A DNA stretch of 64,000 bases from Eledone cirrhosa (Eukaryota). Below the pieces are notes generated by a model. It made no database searches, was not told where the DNA came from, and was given only the letters and a program-made list of their open reading frames with translations. Made by a program: the position numbers and the translations under genes. Location: NCBI GenBank assembly GCA_964016885.1, contig OZ024740.1, positions 65,162,001-65,226,000 on the forward strand, read 5' to 3'. Below, piece by piece: positions 40,725 to 54,421 of this stretch (within the stretch, counting starts at the first letter, position 1; each line of letters starts with the position of its first letter).

Positions 40725-40902
40725 TAGGGCTGTAGAGGGTCGGACGCCATGCTTTGCAGCATAGAGTTACGGCTCTTTATGATCTGAGTTCAAATCCCGC
40801 CGAGGTTAACTTTGCTTTTCATCCTTACGGGGTCGATAAAATAAAGTACCAGTAATGTACTGGGTATTTGCTGGCCTTGTGCCTAAAGTAGAAACAATTA
40901 TT
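40725..40902 (+). mobile_element. tRNA-derived SINE, short-tail variant
   Basis: GTAGAGGGTCGGACGCC...GAGTTCAAATCCCGCCGAGGTTAACTTTGC...GGCCTTGTGCCTAAAGTAGAAACAATTATT. Confidence 0.85.
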
Positions 40903-40999
40903 TATATCTCCATTCCGAGTTCGATTTACACGGGGTATATATTTGTCTAATTGTCTTTCGGGGTCGATGAATAATATATCAATCCACTACTGGCCTCAA

Positions 41000-41091
41000 T
41001 TCTTCTTCTTCTTCTTCTTCTTCTTCTTCTTCTTCTTCTTCTTTGTTTGTTTGTTTGTTTGTTTGTTTGTTTGTTTGTTTGTTTGTTTGTT

Positions 41092-41127
<36 letters not shown>

Positions 41128-41200
41128 TCATTTTTTCTATCTTTCTTTCTTTCTTGCCTGCTTGCTTTCTTGCTTTTCTTTCTTTCTTCCTTTCTTCTTC
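41000..41200. repeat. Compound (CTT)n-(TTTG)n-(TTTC)n microsatellite
   Basis: Visible directly. Confidence 0.95.
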
Positions 41201-42065
41201 CTTTCGCACTTTCGTTTACTCTCCCTATGGTATTTTGGAAGAAATTATCTGTAGTAAATGCTAAAGCGTGATTACATTTCCAGTATCAATATGCGCACAA
41301 CACGCCGGATGTCACGACGGTCAACTTACGACTCTTTTCAGTGATCATCGATATAGAAACTAGACTATATATTTTTCGAGATATCTGAATTATGTATTAA
41401 TGTATGTATAAAATAATTGACATCCCGTCTATTGATAAGCATTATTAAGAATTGTTAGGTATTTGTATTTTAACTTCAAATATATAAATCTAAATAACAA
41501 TCCGTTCGTCTCATATAATTGTTTCAAATTGAAAATTTCAGCAAGATCAAACATTCTATATATTCTCTCTAAACATATTTTTGCAGTACCGTTTTGCCAT
41601 TTAAATGAAACATTATTTAAAAAGGTTTTTTAAACGTTAACCAATAAACATTTTAGAATATATAAGATACACATAGCTGAGTTAAAGATCAAAAGAAATT
41701 GACTTATTGCACTTCTACTTTACCGTAAGAAATATTTATGTCGTTTTATCTATTCAAAATATGAGTTCATAATTCAATCGTAAACTACATAATTCTGTAT
41801 CGAATCTCCATATTTTCTTCTCTATTTTCTACTACAGGAGAAACGAATTATTTCATTTTATTGATGACACGAAAGTACGAAAAGCATATTTTTCGCGTTG
41901 TCATTCGTTCCAACGCTGTACAGATTAGGATAAAGGATAATGATCCCATAACTCCCTGTGCCCTCGTAAAAGCACCGTAGAACGGCGTGTCTAGGGCACT
42001 TTTAAACTTGGAGGAGCCCACCACTCTCCAGGTCTGAACATAGCCGATTTTTTTCTATGGTGTAA

Positions 42066-42212
42066 GAATCAACCCCAGTGGTACTTTTTATCGACCTCGA
42101 AAGGTTGAAAGGAAAGTTGACACCGGCGAGATTTGAACTGAGGGCTCACAATGAGGTATGACGAATAACGTAAAGCATTCTATCCAACGTCTTAACGTCT
42201 TAACGCCGCCTA
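42066..42212 (-). mobile_element. Degenerate tRNA-derived SINE
   Basis: ATCGACCTCGAAAGG.TGAAAGG.AAGTTGAC...GATTTGAACT. Confidence 0.65.
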
Positions 42213-42674
42213 TGCTGTACACATTATTGACACTAAACAGTGTTATACTTACTGTGTTGAATTTTTATATAATACACAACTATATGCATTGGTGTTTCTC
42301 TGTTAAAAAAAAGCCCAGTGATTTAAATATACATATATGATGAAAATGAATAATGTAAAACAGTAGGTAGGTTGATAGATTGACACTTCATTTATTTATT
42401 CATTTGGCTATTTTCTACATATAACTGTAGTGACTGCAGCCTCGATGGTTCATAGTATGTATCATATTAATTAAATACTGTTTCATACATCACACATGCT
42501 GCTGTTCAGTTATTGTATTTACAAGTAAATATATGCGCTGTGTAGAACTCATACGTTTAAAATAGTACACGTATAAACATTTTTGCAGTAGTGATTCGTA
42601 TAAACATTTTCAGTGTAGAGACATATATAAACATGGAGGAAGTTGTAGTTCACTTGAAACATTGCGTGATGAGG

Positions 42675-42942
42675 TATAAACGGTTCGAGTTGTAAGGCCA
42701 AGACAATGCAGGCATGGATATAGAATATAAATGCAAATGCAAAAGATATTGTTGACAATATCTAATATAGTTAAATTTATTTAAATATCCAGGATATTTA
42801 AATATCCTGGCTATTTAACTATCCTGGAAATTTAAATAAATTTAAGGTAAAAGACTAATTGTCAACAATATCTTTTGCATTTGCATTTATATTCTATATC
42901 CATGCCTGCATTGTCTTCGCCTTACAACTCCAACCGTTTATA
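42675..42942. mobile_element. MITE-like fold-back with ~85-bp terminal inverted repeats
   Basis: 42675-42759 is the reverse complement of 42858-42942 (TATAAACGGTT...AACCGTTTATA); internal palindromes of TTTAAATATCC.GG. Confidence 0.8.
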
Positions 42943-44832
42943 TATAAACATATTTTACTATAAAACCTTCAAATAGTTTCGTATGTTTAAAGTAAGGAAA
43001 ATATGGCTGGAATATATTAATATTCTCAATATTCATAGTTTTCTTATTCCTCAATAGCATATGGGGATGTATGTTGTTGAAAATGTCGGTGGGATAAGGG
43101 ACGTATGTAGGTTGAGTAAAGTAGCTACATGTTCAGGCTATATAGTAGCTAAACACGAAATGAGAATGTAATGGAATTCGTTCTGAACGCTTAGTTGTTA
43201 CAAACGAATCCCGGATGAGTTCCAATATTTCAGTTGAATACCTCAATGACAATGTTTCATATCATCAATCACTTTTTATCTCAAAATAAAACTGAGATTC
43301 AAGCCAGAAAAAAATACACTTTATTGCAAACTGTAAATATTCTGACCAGCCAATGTTAACATTTTGTTTCCAGTCCATCAAACGCTTAATTAAGTATGCG
43401 ATATATTGGAAAACTTCGTCAACGAAACATCGATTTACAATTAATATCTACAACCAGCTTGCAATTCAATACGTGATATTTAACGTACAGAGACAGGACG
43501 ATTCTAGATTCATGATCAATAACGAAGACATAAGTAGAGAACAGGACTGTTTAAAACAAAGGCTGGTAATACGATTCCTTTGCTATTTTGAACTGTTAGC
43601 TGCTATTCTTTTATAACAGTGGAACTTCTAATATTGTGTTAACCAATATATTAAGTCATGTTGACATGATAGATTGATGCTGAAATACTGCGACTGTATT
43701 AATGTATAAAGTTAATTGCATTTCCTCCATAATGTCTGCTACGATTTTACACAGAATATTTCTCTTAGTATAGGGAATGTATATCATTGTGGTGTAGAAT
43801 CTCTGGTTCCTAACTAGTATTGAATTTACTATATATTCGGTTCACTTTAATTCTAAGTGTCTAATATCAAATACGATATTTTGTAATTACAAAAGTATAT
43901 CATGGGATAATGTTCTTCAAAATCTGCATATATTGTATGATATTATGAAAGTCTTAGTGCAATTAAATAGTCTAAGTAGTGATGTTATAGGGAATATAGT
44001 CGCTATAATCTCTGTTGCTCAATGAGATACGATTTTAACGTATATACGAGAGAACTTGTATATTTGTAATGGAGCGGTCGCACAGGGTTCTGTCCCGGAC
44101 CGCAGTGATTCTACAAACAGATTGTACAGACAAATGCAATTTGCGATTTGCAGACCACAGTGGCTGCAGCGGTGCAAATATGCATATCAGTTCTGTATAG
44201 CGTTATCAGCGGATGTAACTAAAATAGCGAGAGATATGAAGTGGAATATCCAGTCCGTGGTGCAAGAAATTACTATTACAATGGCTATTGCCGATAGCCA
44301 TAATTAATTGATTGGAAATTAATCCAAGAATATATAATACAACGTTGCATTGAATGTTTCAGAAAAATAAAATTCAAAATTCATGTTTTAAAACACAAAA
44401 TTAAATGCAGAAATCTAATTGAAACGTCAAATAATGTTTAGTTTAAATGTACAAAACAAGGAGAATAAGATAAATAAAACATCATAACGAGGATCTATAA
44501 TAAGAAATTACGTTACATTTGAGAAAGTCTGGCACTATATTCATGAAAAGTTGACAACTTATTGTAAATTTAGGTGATGAAAGACGCTAATACTTATGTT
44601 GATTAGGTAATCAGAAATAAATTTCGACATTCTCATAATATTCTATTTATTGGTTAATACAGAAGAAAACAAAACAAAAATGTGTTAACCAATCATCTAC
44701 CATGTTACTGGAATGATACTGACTATTGATTGTATTATTTTCTTTTCTAGAATAGAATTACTATATATTTGTCAAATCAATAGCTGTATCTTTCTCTTTC
44801 TTTCTTTCCCTCTCTATCTATGTATCTATTTG

Positions 44833-44938
<106 letters not shown>

Positions 44939-44997
44939 TGTGTGTCTGTGTCACAAACCTTGCAACTATTAATCAAATGTAAATGTTTCATTTATTA

Positions 44998-45284
44998 TCC
45001 TATATATTATTCTAATGTCACGCGAATTATATTTATATTGACAGCTCTGTGCTTACTTGTATGTATGTGTCTGTGAGTGTGTGTCATCTGGGTGTGCTTG
45101 AATGATTGTCTGACGTGTCATTTTAACACAATTGAAGATCGTACAAGATTAGACAAATTGTCCTTATAATATACTGATAGTATAGCGCGTGATTAAGTTG
45201 ATGTCAACTTTCTAATGAATACTATATAGACATCATCAGTGAGAAGACCAAGTAATGCAGACGGGTCAACCTGGGACAGCTAGT
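44998..45284 (+). mobile_element. Possible short non-autonomous Helitron-like element
   Basis: Starts ATCCTATATA with TG-rich microsatellite; ends with short hairpin CGGGTCAACCTG then CTAG^T. Confidence 0.4.
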
Positions 45285-45289
45285 CAGAT

Positions 45290-45930
45290 AAACAGAGAAA
45301 TCAGGATATCAATTTTGCCTAAGTGGCTATTATCATTGCAACAGAAGACATAGAATCTGTTAAGCTAGAAGAAGATTTTCCTCTACCAGATAGTCACCCT
45401 GTCAATGACAATGTATGCAAGAGATATGTAGTAGATTGCTGGCGAAATCACTTCGTAGCGCAATGTATTCCAGCATGGGTGTCTGGGGCATAATACGTCA
45501 GGTCACACACAAGGACCGATTCAAAACAAAGAGCTTCATGGGAAGGGCAAATGAGTATTTTTCCAGAAATTGTGACAACGCAACGAATAAGATGTGCACG
45601 GCATTTATACTAAATTCCAGAGCAATTGATAGCTGGATCTGCAATGATGAGCCTACCAGAAGGGGGAAGATGACTTCGAGCAAGACAAAATATGACATGA
45701 AGTGATATTGTCAAACAAACCATAAAACAACTTAAGAAAAATGAGAGAGCACAGACATGCTGATCGGATTTTTTCCTGCTTCCTGATGTACAGGATGTTA
45801 GAACGGCAGATCCTAGTAGTAAATGCTGCCCAGTCTTGACTGTCATGGGGTTAAATAGCAACAAATGACGCCAAGAGTTATCAAACTTGCCGGTGTAGTC
45901 GATATCACTGCAATCACTAATCAATGTATC
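45290..45930 (+). pseudogene. Possible highly decayed Gypsy-type gag/pro remnant
   Basis: INFA*VAIIIATED resembles the gag motif LTF..A..IA..TED; degenerate zinc-knuckle-like spacing downstream; many stops. Confidence 0.3.
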
Positions 45931-46580
45931 ATGACGAAATAGCTGATTTGGTCTAAATATATTCTCAGTAGATAAAATGAAAATTGTTGATTTGCTAACA
46001 CAGTATATTACGGTGATATATATCGTTTTATACACGTTTTATACATCTTCATATAATTACACGGTTAAAACCGTATACTTAAACATACACACAAACACAC
46101 TTGCACAGACCACACGCAATATTTTGAATTTATATTCTAAAGACATTCGGGCTTTCTTTGAGACTATCATATAACAGACGTCCCACCACCCAGTCTGCAT
46201 TCATCTATTATCCCTTCTTACCTATTTACACACCATTGCCATTCTTCTTTGAGTGAATGCTGGACTGCAGTCCATATGTTTCTTTTCTGTCTTTCTATTT
46301 CTCTATCTTTTCTCCTTTGGCTAAGCCATCGCGTTCTCCCAATTTATCAGTTGACGTACATGGGATAATTTTTCATTATTTTTGTGTAAGTAGCTGGAAA
46401 GGATACCTTGTCCTGTCTTTATCTCTACCTTTTTTTGAGTCCCTATATGTCAACATTAATAAACCGAAACCGTAGTAATTTTAAAGGTTGCCTGAAGCGA
46501 TGGGACTGTCCGTTTGCCCATTTTCTTTTTTTCCATTGCCATTATCCTGTGCACCACCCTATTATGAATATGTATGTATA

Positions 46581-46683
<103 letters not shown>

Positions 46684-46769
46684 GTATAAGACAAGTTTAT
46701 CCCAGGTTCAATCGGGAGTAACCACAGTAAGTAAGGTATTCAATACATAGCAGAGTATAAATATTTAAT

Positions 46770-46995
<226 letters not shown>

Positions 46996-47256
46996 CACAG
47001 AAATATACACGGTTACTTGTGGGGTCTAGTCTAATTTACTATTGATTTTGAATAACATTTTCATTGCTTTTGACAATGGCTGACGATATACACGTATGTA
47101 AATATATTCCTCATTTGATATTTTGTAACTAACCTTACATAGATCGAGAACGAAATATGCGTACGATGTATTATTATAACCTAGAAACGATAGTAAAGCA
47201 GTGAAGTATATTCCTAATGACTTGAATTTTTATTTCATTGTTTTAACTTATATATA

Positions 47257-47613
47257 TATATAATATAAAACGAAAAATCAGTGATGCATCTGGACTCAGT
47301 CTATTGTGAGTTACGTTTGTCTCGCCCGCAGATAGGTCGAGACACGATCATTGTTTGGATGTGTCTGATTCTAGATCGGCAGGTTCTTCGGACACACGCA
47401 ATACATTCAGAACAAATTTTCTTACTGGGGTGTTAGCTTCAACAGTGAGAAAATTTGTTCCGAAAGTATTGCCTGTGTCCGAAGAAACTGCAGATCTAGA
47501 ATCAGACAGATCCATACAATAATCGTATCTCGAGCTATCTGCCGGCGAAACAATTGTAACACACAATAAACTGAGTCCAGATGCATCACTGATTTTTTTG
47601 TTTTATATTATAT
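47257..47613. mobile_element. ~355-bp rod-like fold-back mini-element carrying an HHR-like motif (47474-47563)
   Basis: ~170-bp arms with scattered mismatches and a ~15-nt loop; TGTGT-CCGAAGA...GCAGAT...ATCTGC...GAAA-C-AATT-GTA-ACACA then AATAAA. Confidence 0.75.
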
Positions 47614-47743
47614 CACACTCTGCTCTGTAAGAACATAGAGTGCTCAACTGGCATACCGCCTATGGAAGCATCATAGCTACCATTAAACACACACACATAT
47701 ATATGTGTATATATATATATATATATTAATATATGTGTGTGCG

Positions 47744-47821
<78 letters not shown>

Positions 47822-49037
47822 CAATTTAATGAGATGTTCACTAAAACTTTATTCTTAAATATATCCATAATACTACAGAGGCTACACAATAAATTATTGC
47901 CACTGATAAATTTGCTATATTCTGTTATTTGAAACGGGTGCCGTATTAAAATACAACCCACTGTCTTTCAAAAAGTTAGTTAAATGTTTTTAGAAAATAC
48001 GTGACAGGAAGTATTCTGAATAATTCCGATTAATAATCCTGGAAACCATAGACATGCTAGTCTGGTTTTTAATTATTTCTTTTTCTGTAGTCATAATTTA
48101 AATACTGTATGATTTTTTGTTTTGTGATTCCGACGTGAACTACAGAATATACCGGTTTTAATTTACTATTATATATTAGATTCATGTCCACTAATTATCA
48201 ACGAGCATACATAAATAGAAGCCAAATCTGCTTGAAGGCACACGCTAGAGTAATGAAATATGTTAGAATAGAACAAAATGTGTATTTCAAGATGTATTTA
48301 AGATAGATATTGCTGGAAAACATTTTTTATTCATCTGGTTGATGAGAAATGACCAAAAATACCGAACAAGAATAGGAATGAATTATGTGGCAGCTACAAT
48401 AGATTATATTATGAAAAATATCTCAAATCTATATCACAACATAGATTAGAGCAACAATAATAGAAAATTCAAAGACACTTCAGGTGATAATAAATTAGAG
48501 AGTAACAAAAACGCCACAGATTTCGACCATAGTTTATTAACAACATGAAACCAATTACATTTGCTCATTTTCAAAGAAAATCGATATTTTCATATTTTGT
48601 AAGCATTTGATCCAAAACGTTCTCCTTTTATATGACAAATACACACACACACATACCCCCCCCCCCACACACATATAAATATATATATATCAAATGCTCT
48701 GCAGAGTTTAGGCAACATTGCTTGCATTAACGGAAGCAGATGTTTTCAACTGCTGCCCCAACGCATTGAAAGTTATTTTAGATAACTAGAGGATTGACGT
48801 TATCCTGGGATAAACTATCACAGGGATCGTTATTCAAAATTATTTTACCTACAACAGTCTAATTAGATCTACCTCCCATGTACGGAATGAAAACTGACCA
48901 CTATTGAGCAGAATTCATTCAGCTCAATAACGATTCCGTCCTCACAATAAACAAACACGGGCTGACATTCCTATTTAGGTGAAACGCGAGTGCTCAGGTA
49001 TGGCTTGGTAATTCGTGGGGAGTTAACTCTCTCTCTC

Positions 49038-49076
<39 letters not shown>

Positions 49077-49096
49077 CCACACACACACACACACAT

Positions 49097-49173
<77 letters not shown>

Positions 49174-49423
49174 TATATATATATAGAGAGAGAGAGAGGG
49201 AGGAAGATGGAGAGAGAGGAGGAGGAGGTGACTATAATTAATCCCCCCGGAAGAAAAACAAAGCTTCTAGACCTCTATTGAAACTTTTGGTGGAAGATAT
49301 ATTTTCTTGGATGCATGTGTGTGTGAGTTTGTGTTAATGTTACATTATAAATAGATAGTTTTGCTCACAGACGTGTGTAAGTATTTTTTCATCTATAGAT
49401 CATTATTTAATATGGCAGTATCA

Positions 49424-49552
49424 AATCCCGCCGAGTTCAAATCTCGCCGAGGTTGACTTTTCATTTCATCCTTACGGGGTCGATAAAATAAAGTACCAGT
49501 AATACACTGGGATAATTGGTGGCCTTGTGCCAAAAGTAGAAACAATTATTTA
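49424..49552 (+). mobile_element. 5'-truncated tRNA-derived SINE, short-tail variant
   Basis: GAGTTCAAATCTCGCCGAGGTTGACTTT...GGCCTTGTGCCAAAAGTAGAAACAATTATT. Confidence 0.8.
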
Positions 49553-49559
49553 ATATGCA

Positions 49560-50100
49560 ATGGAAAACATATTATTTGCTTATATTTGCCATGAATTGTT
49601 TTTTCTTTTATTATTCCCTGTTGCTTTGCAAATAAATCCAAGCATTTGTAAAGGGGAAGGAATATGGTTTTTTTTAAAATTTGGTTCTGTTCCTTCCAGC
49701 AGATGCTGCAATATTATTACTTTAAAATATGTGTCGGCTTTCTGCATCACGGATTTATAGCATGCCTATTGTCAATTTTTCGTATCATGACACTCCGGTT
49801 TGTCCTGTGTATTTTTATATATATCCACAGCATATTTTCACATCGATTTTGTTTTCCGAATTGTAGGTGAAACTTTCTTTTACCCTAGAGGTTTAATCAT
49901 CGATAAATCTGAATTCTGGTCCTTCAATTGTAAATAAGCTGCTACGACAGTTTGTTCTTCCGCATGTTTTAGCAGCGCTGTTGGTGATTTGTTTATGTGT
50001 TTTTTTTACTCCAGTAAGTATCTTTCTAGTGTTTTGGGTTGTCTTTTACATTTGATGATATGTGGTCTTTCAAGAAACGTTTTTTATATAAATAAGATGG
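49560..50100 (-). pseudogene. Decayed Neptune-like PLE linker/GIY-YIG fragment
   Basis: IIKCKRQPKTL..YL; KTCGRTNC; YTGQTG; IRD; PLYK-like end; same layout as 6830-7414. Confidence 0.6.
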
Positions 50101-50140
<40 letters not shown>

Positions 50141-50142
<2 letters not shown>

Positions 50143-51181
50143 CCCCGAATACAATAGTTCCATTAGTACACATTTACCAGTACTCTTCTTTAAAATAATT
50201 AAAAGACATTTTCCCACATCACACAAATACCACAAAATCCTAAACCCTACCACTATAAGACTGTCATACTCTACAGCGTTAAACCTTGAACAACACATAA
50301 AAAAGATCAATACTAGAAGGTTAAACGAAAACACTAAGAACTTAAGTACAAAGAACACAAAAAAAACAGTAGACAATACACTACAGAACATAAATAAACC
50401 ACATCTAAGTTCGTCCGCAATACTACTCCAGAGAAAACCCAACGTACACAACTGTAACTGCACCTATCCTGACAACTGCCCCCTCGGCAATAACTGCCTG
50501 GAAAAAAATATTATTTATAAGTGTACCATTAAATCCGGGGGCAACGAGTGGTATTACGTGGGATCAACGGCAACATCGTTTAAATCTCGATTGTATAGGC
50601 ATTCTTACTCAATAAAACACCAGAGCCAAAGAAATGTAACAACTTTAGCAGAAAAAGCTTGGACGCTCAGGGATAGCGATCAAAAGTTTACCCTAAAATG
50701 GGAGAAATAAGCTAAAACCCAAAGCTTTTCCAGGAGCCAAAATTTCTGCAAATTGTGTAATCTTGAGATTTATTACATAATCACACACAAGAAGAAACTG
50801 CTGAATAACAGAATTGAACGAACATTATTCTGCCGTCACAGAACTAAAACCATTTTTTCCCACTACAAGCCGAATATTACATAAAAGAGGGTCATCCCCC
50901 AACTATATAAACCTTAATCTAGTTAGAAAAATATAAAAACAATCTCTTCTCAACATATATTAATAACCTTAAATTACCACACTAATAATGGAAAGATATG
51001 CTGATGAGAATAGGTGCAAATATGCGATAATGAATGTGTCTAAAAACGTCCATAAGTATGTATATATATGTGAAAATGTATATAAATAAGTAAATATATA
51101 TATATGTTTGATGTGTATAGTTAGATGTAAGTGTATTCATGTATTAAAGTGCATATATATTTATGTATATGTGTATGTATA

Positions 51182-51240
<59 letters not shown>

Positions 51241-51977
51241 GTATATATATGTGTATATGTATGTATATATGTGTATATAGATGTGTATGTATGTGTATGT
51301 GTGTACACATGGACTAGAGTAAGTATGTATATATGTGTGTGTCTATACGTGTGTATATAAAGATAAGTTGAGTATGAAAATGTATACACATGAGTGCGTA
51401 TGTATGTACAGGAATACATGTGTGTATATATATGTGTATGCATGTGTATATATATATAAGTATGAATATGTGAATTGTGAGTATATGTATTTTGTAGAGG
51501 TGTGCAAATATATTTGTGTGTGAATGCGTAGGTGAAAGGATACGTACACTTGAAAGAAAAATTTAAGTCTGAATGTTAATTAAGTGCAAACACAAAACCA
51601 ACCACGCATATCTTTACTATCTCTAATCCTTCTATAGATTTAGAAAAATAACCAATAATATATTCTATAAAAAATGTCAAAACAACAGATGGGAATCTAA
51701 TTACTCACTGCCACCAAGAATTCTCACTGCTATCGAAAAACCACTCCTTCAACTATTCTTCTAACAACTTCACCCCTCCCTCCTAATATTCTCTATAAAA
51801 AACTAAATAGGTCCTCAGTAATATTATTCTGATGAAATGACAGTAAATAATAACATTGAAATATTGAATGTCTGCATAACTAAAAGTTTGTAGATAGCAG
51901 CTGTTTTAGGTTATGTAACTGTTATAGAAACACGTGTCAATAAATTCCTTTCAACTAAACTGTATCCATTCAAATCT

Positions 51978-51980
<3 letters not shown>
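50141..51980 (+). mobile_element. Naiad-like PLE 3' part (GIY-YIG 50141-50884, microsatellite-rich UTR, terminal HHR)
   Basis: KRHFP.SHKYHKILN..TIRLSYS; HNCNC...NCPLGNNCL...IIYKC...YYVGSTATSFKSR; C..CNLE; FCRH; ends at (TA)n. Confidence 0.88.
51824..51943 (+). ncRNA. Type I hammerhead ribozyme with long stem II
   Basis: TTATT-CTGATGA-A-ATGACAGT...ACTGTTAT-A-GAAA-C-ACGT-GTC-AATAA. Confidence 0.8.
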
Positions 51981-52045
<65 letters not shown>

Positions 52046-52210
52046 CTAAGTACAAAATTATGATAAATGAATTAAATGAATTTAATCTAAATCGAAATCA
52101 TGGGTGTCATGACATAATGCATGCGCCATATATCCTGGGAATTTAAGCTCAAAGATAAATAAATCTGAGCATATTATAATAACAGAGATTGATTAACATA
52201 TAAAAATACA

Positions 52211-52552
52211 GTATACTAGGGAAAGGATCAGGGGTGTATAACACTCCACTTATCCAGCAGGCAGTATGAGGTTAGCTCAATGTCTGAGGACAGAGCCGTA
52301 ATATAATAAATAAATAACAAAGAACGCTTATAGCATATGCATATCTTTACTTGCTAACATTGTTTCATCCGCACTATAAGTGGGACTCATCAGAGCATAA
52401 AGGTTAATTACATACCATACAAGCAATAACAAATCCAAGACATTGAAGAATGAAAGGTAATAATAGACGATAGAGGATAAGAATAAAAATAAAAATAAAA
52501 GTAAAAATAAAAATAAAAATAAAAATAAAAATAAAAATAAAAATAATATATT
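52211..52552 (-). mobile_element. HHR-bearing insertion with apparent ~15-bp target-site duplication; HHR at 52352-52397
   Basis: ACATATAAAAA(T/C)ACA at 52196 and 52553; TGCT-CTGATGA-GTCC-CAC-TTATA-GTG-C-GGAT-GAAA-C-AAT-GTT-AGCA. Confidence 0.7.
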
Positions 52553-53273
52553 ACATATAAAAACACATGAATAATCACAGGAGATCATTTTTGCTTGCGT
52601 GTAACCGCGCATAGCTAGTTTAGGCAATATTTACCTTTAAGTGTGATTAACCTTCCTTGTATATATCCCATTAAAGAAATATATTTAACCAATTAATCAG
52701 ATGGTAAGTCAGGGAAAGTGGATATTATTGGATTGTCAACAAGGAAAGTGATAATTTCCAGCTATTCGTGCTTACAGAGCGAGATCAAATCTTCAACTAT
52801 TCGTTACCACGTGTTGCGTCCACACAAGATAGCGGTTTCGTTTCAGTGGCGTGAAAAGGTATTCGACAACTAGAAATAGCAGTCAAATTCTTTTCAACAG
52901 AAATTGCTCAACAATTAAGGAGCCGTATATATATATCTAAGTCCAAAATTAAGATAAATGAATTAAATGAATTTAATCTAAATCGAAATCATGGGTGTCA
53001 TGACATTATGCATGCGCCATATATCCTGGGAATTTAAGCTCAAAGATAAATAAATCTGAGCATATTATAATAACTAGAGATTGATTAACATATAAAAATA
53101 CATGAATAATCACAGGAGATAATTTTTGCTTGCGTGTAACCGCACATAGCTAGTTTAGGCAATATTTACCTTTAAGTGTGATTAACCTTCCTTGTATATA
53201 TCCCATTAAAGAAATATATTTCACCAATTAATCAGATGGTAAGTCACGGAAAGTGGATATTATTGACTTCCCA

Positions 53274-53465
53274 ATGGCAGGTGGATTGGCAGTATCGGTA
53301 GAGGGTCGGACGTCATGCTTTCCATCATAGTTACGTCCCTTTACGATCTGAGTTCAAATCCAGCCGAGGTTAACTTTGCCTTTCATCCTTACGGGGTCGA
53401 TAAAATAAAGTACCAGTAATGCACTGGGTAATTTCTGGCCTTGTGCTAATAGTAGAAACAATTAT
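53274..53465 (+). mobile_element. Full-length tRNA-derived SINE with target-site duplication
   Basis: TGGCAGTATCGGTAGAGG A-box, GAGTTCAAATCC B-box, core and tail; flanked by ATTATTGACTTCCCA on both sides. Confidence 0.9.
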
Positions 53466-54320
53466 TGACTTCCCATCTCATTAATTGGTGAAAGATATTT
53501 CTTTAATGGGATATATACAACGAAGGTTAATCACACTTAAAGGTAAATATTGCCTAAACTAGCTATGCGCGGTTACACGCAATCAAAAATTATCTCCTGT
53601 GGTTATTCATGTATTTTTATATGTTAATCACTCACTAGTTATTATAATATGCTCAGATTTATTTATCTTTGAGCTTAAATTCCCAGGATATATGGCGCAT
53701 GCATTATGTCATGACACCCATGATTTCGATTTAGATTAAATTCATTTAATTCATTTATCTTAATTTTGGACTTAGATATATATATATACGGCTCCTTAAT
53801 TGTTGAGCTATTTCTGTTGAAAAGAATTTGATGTTATTTCTAGTTGTCGAATACCTTTTCACGCCACTGAAACGAAACCGCTATCTTGTGTTGACGCAAC
53901 ACGTGGTAACGGATAGTTGAAGATTTGATCTCGCTCTGTAAGCACAAATAGTTGGAAATTATCACTTTCCTTGTTGACAATCCAATAATATCCACTTTCC
54001 CTGACTTACCATCTGATTAATTGTTGAAATATATTTCTTTAATGGGATATATACAAGGAAGGTTAATCACACTTAAAGGGAAATATTGCCTAAACTAGCT
54101 ATGCGCGATTACACGCAAGTAAAAATGATCTCCTGTGATTATTCATGTATTTTTATATGTTAATCAATCTCTAGTTATTATATATATATATATATATATT
54201 AGAATTGGAGCTCTGAAATAGCAATATATATATGGATGTATATATAATGTATTTTGCAATACACTTTATGCTTAATTAAAAAAAGCATAAAGTGTATTGC
54301 AAAATACATTATATATACAT

Positions 54321-54421
<101 letters not shown>

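Larger units (their letters stand above)
52043..54180. mobile_element. ORF-less tandem-plus-inverted element, ~536-bp unit (plus copies 52043-53265; inverted copies 53466-54180)
   Basis: ATCTAAGT.CAAAATTA starts at 52043 and 52935; TTAATTG.TGAAA.ATATTTC recurs at 53481 and 54017; (TA)n at both ends. Confidence 0.85.

Noticed and set aside
44056-44307. GC-richer ORF or exon candidate
   Set aside because: No recognisable domain; the minus-strand acceptor leads to stops in all frames
53274-53365. tRNA gene
   Set aside because: A/B boxes belong to a SINE head followed by core and tail; no cloverleaf seen
53550-53595. Twister-ribozyme-like GCCTAA...CGGTTACACGC
   Set aside because: Lacks the 3' GAG-containing strand and pseudoknot partners
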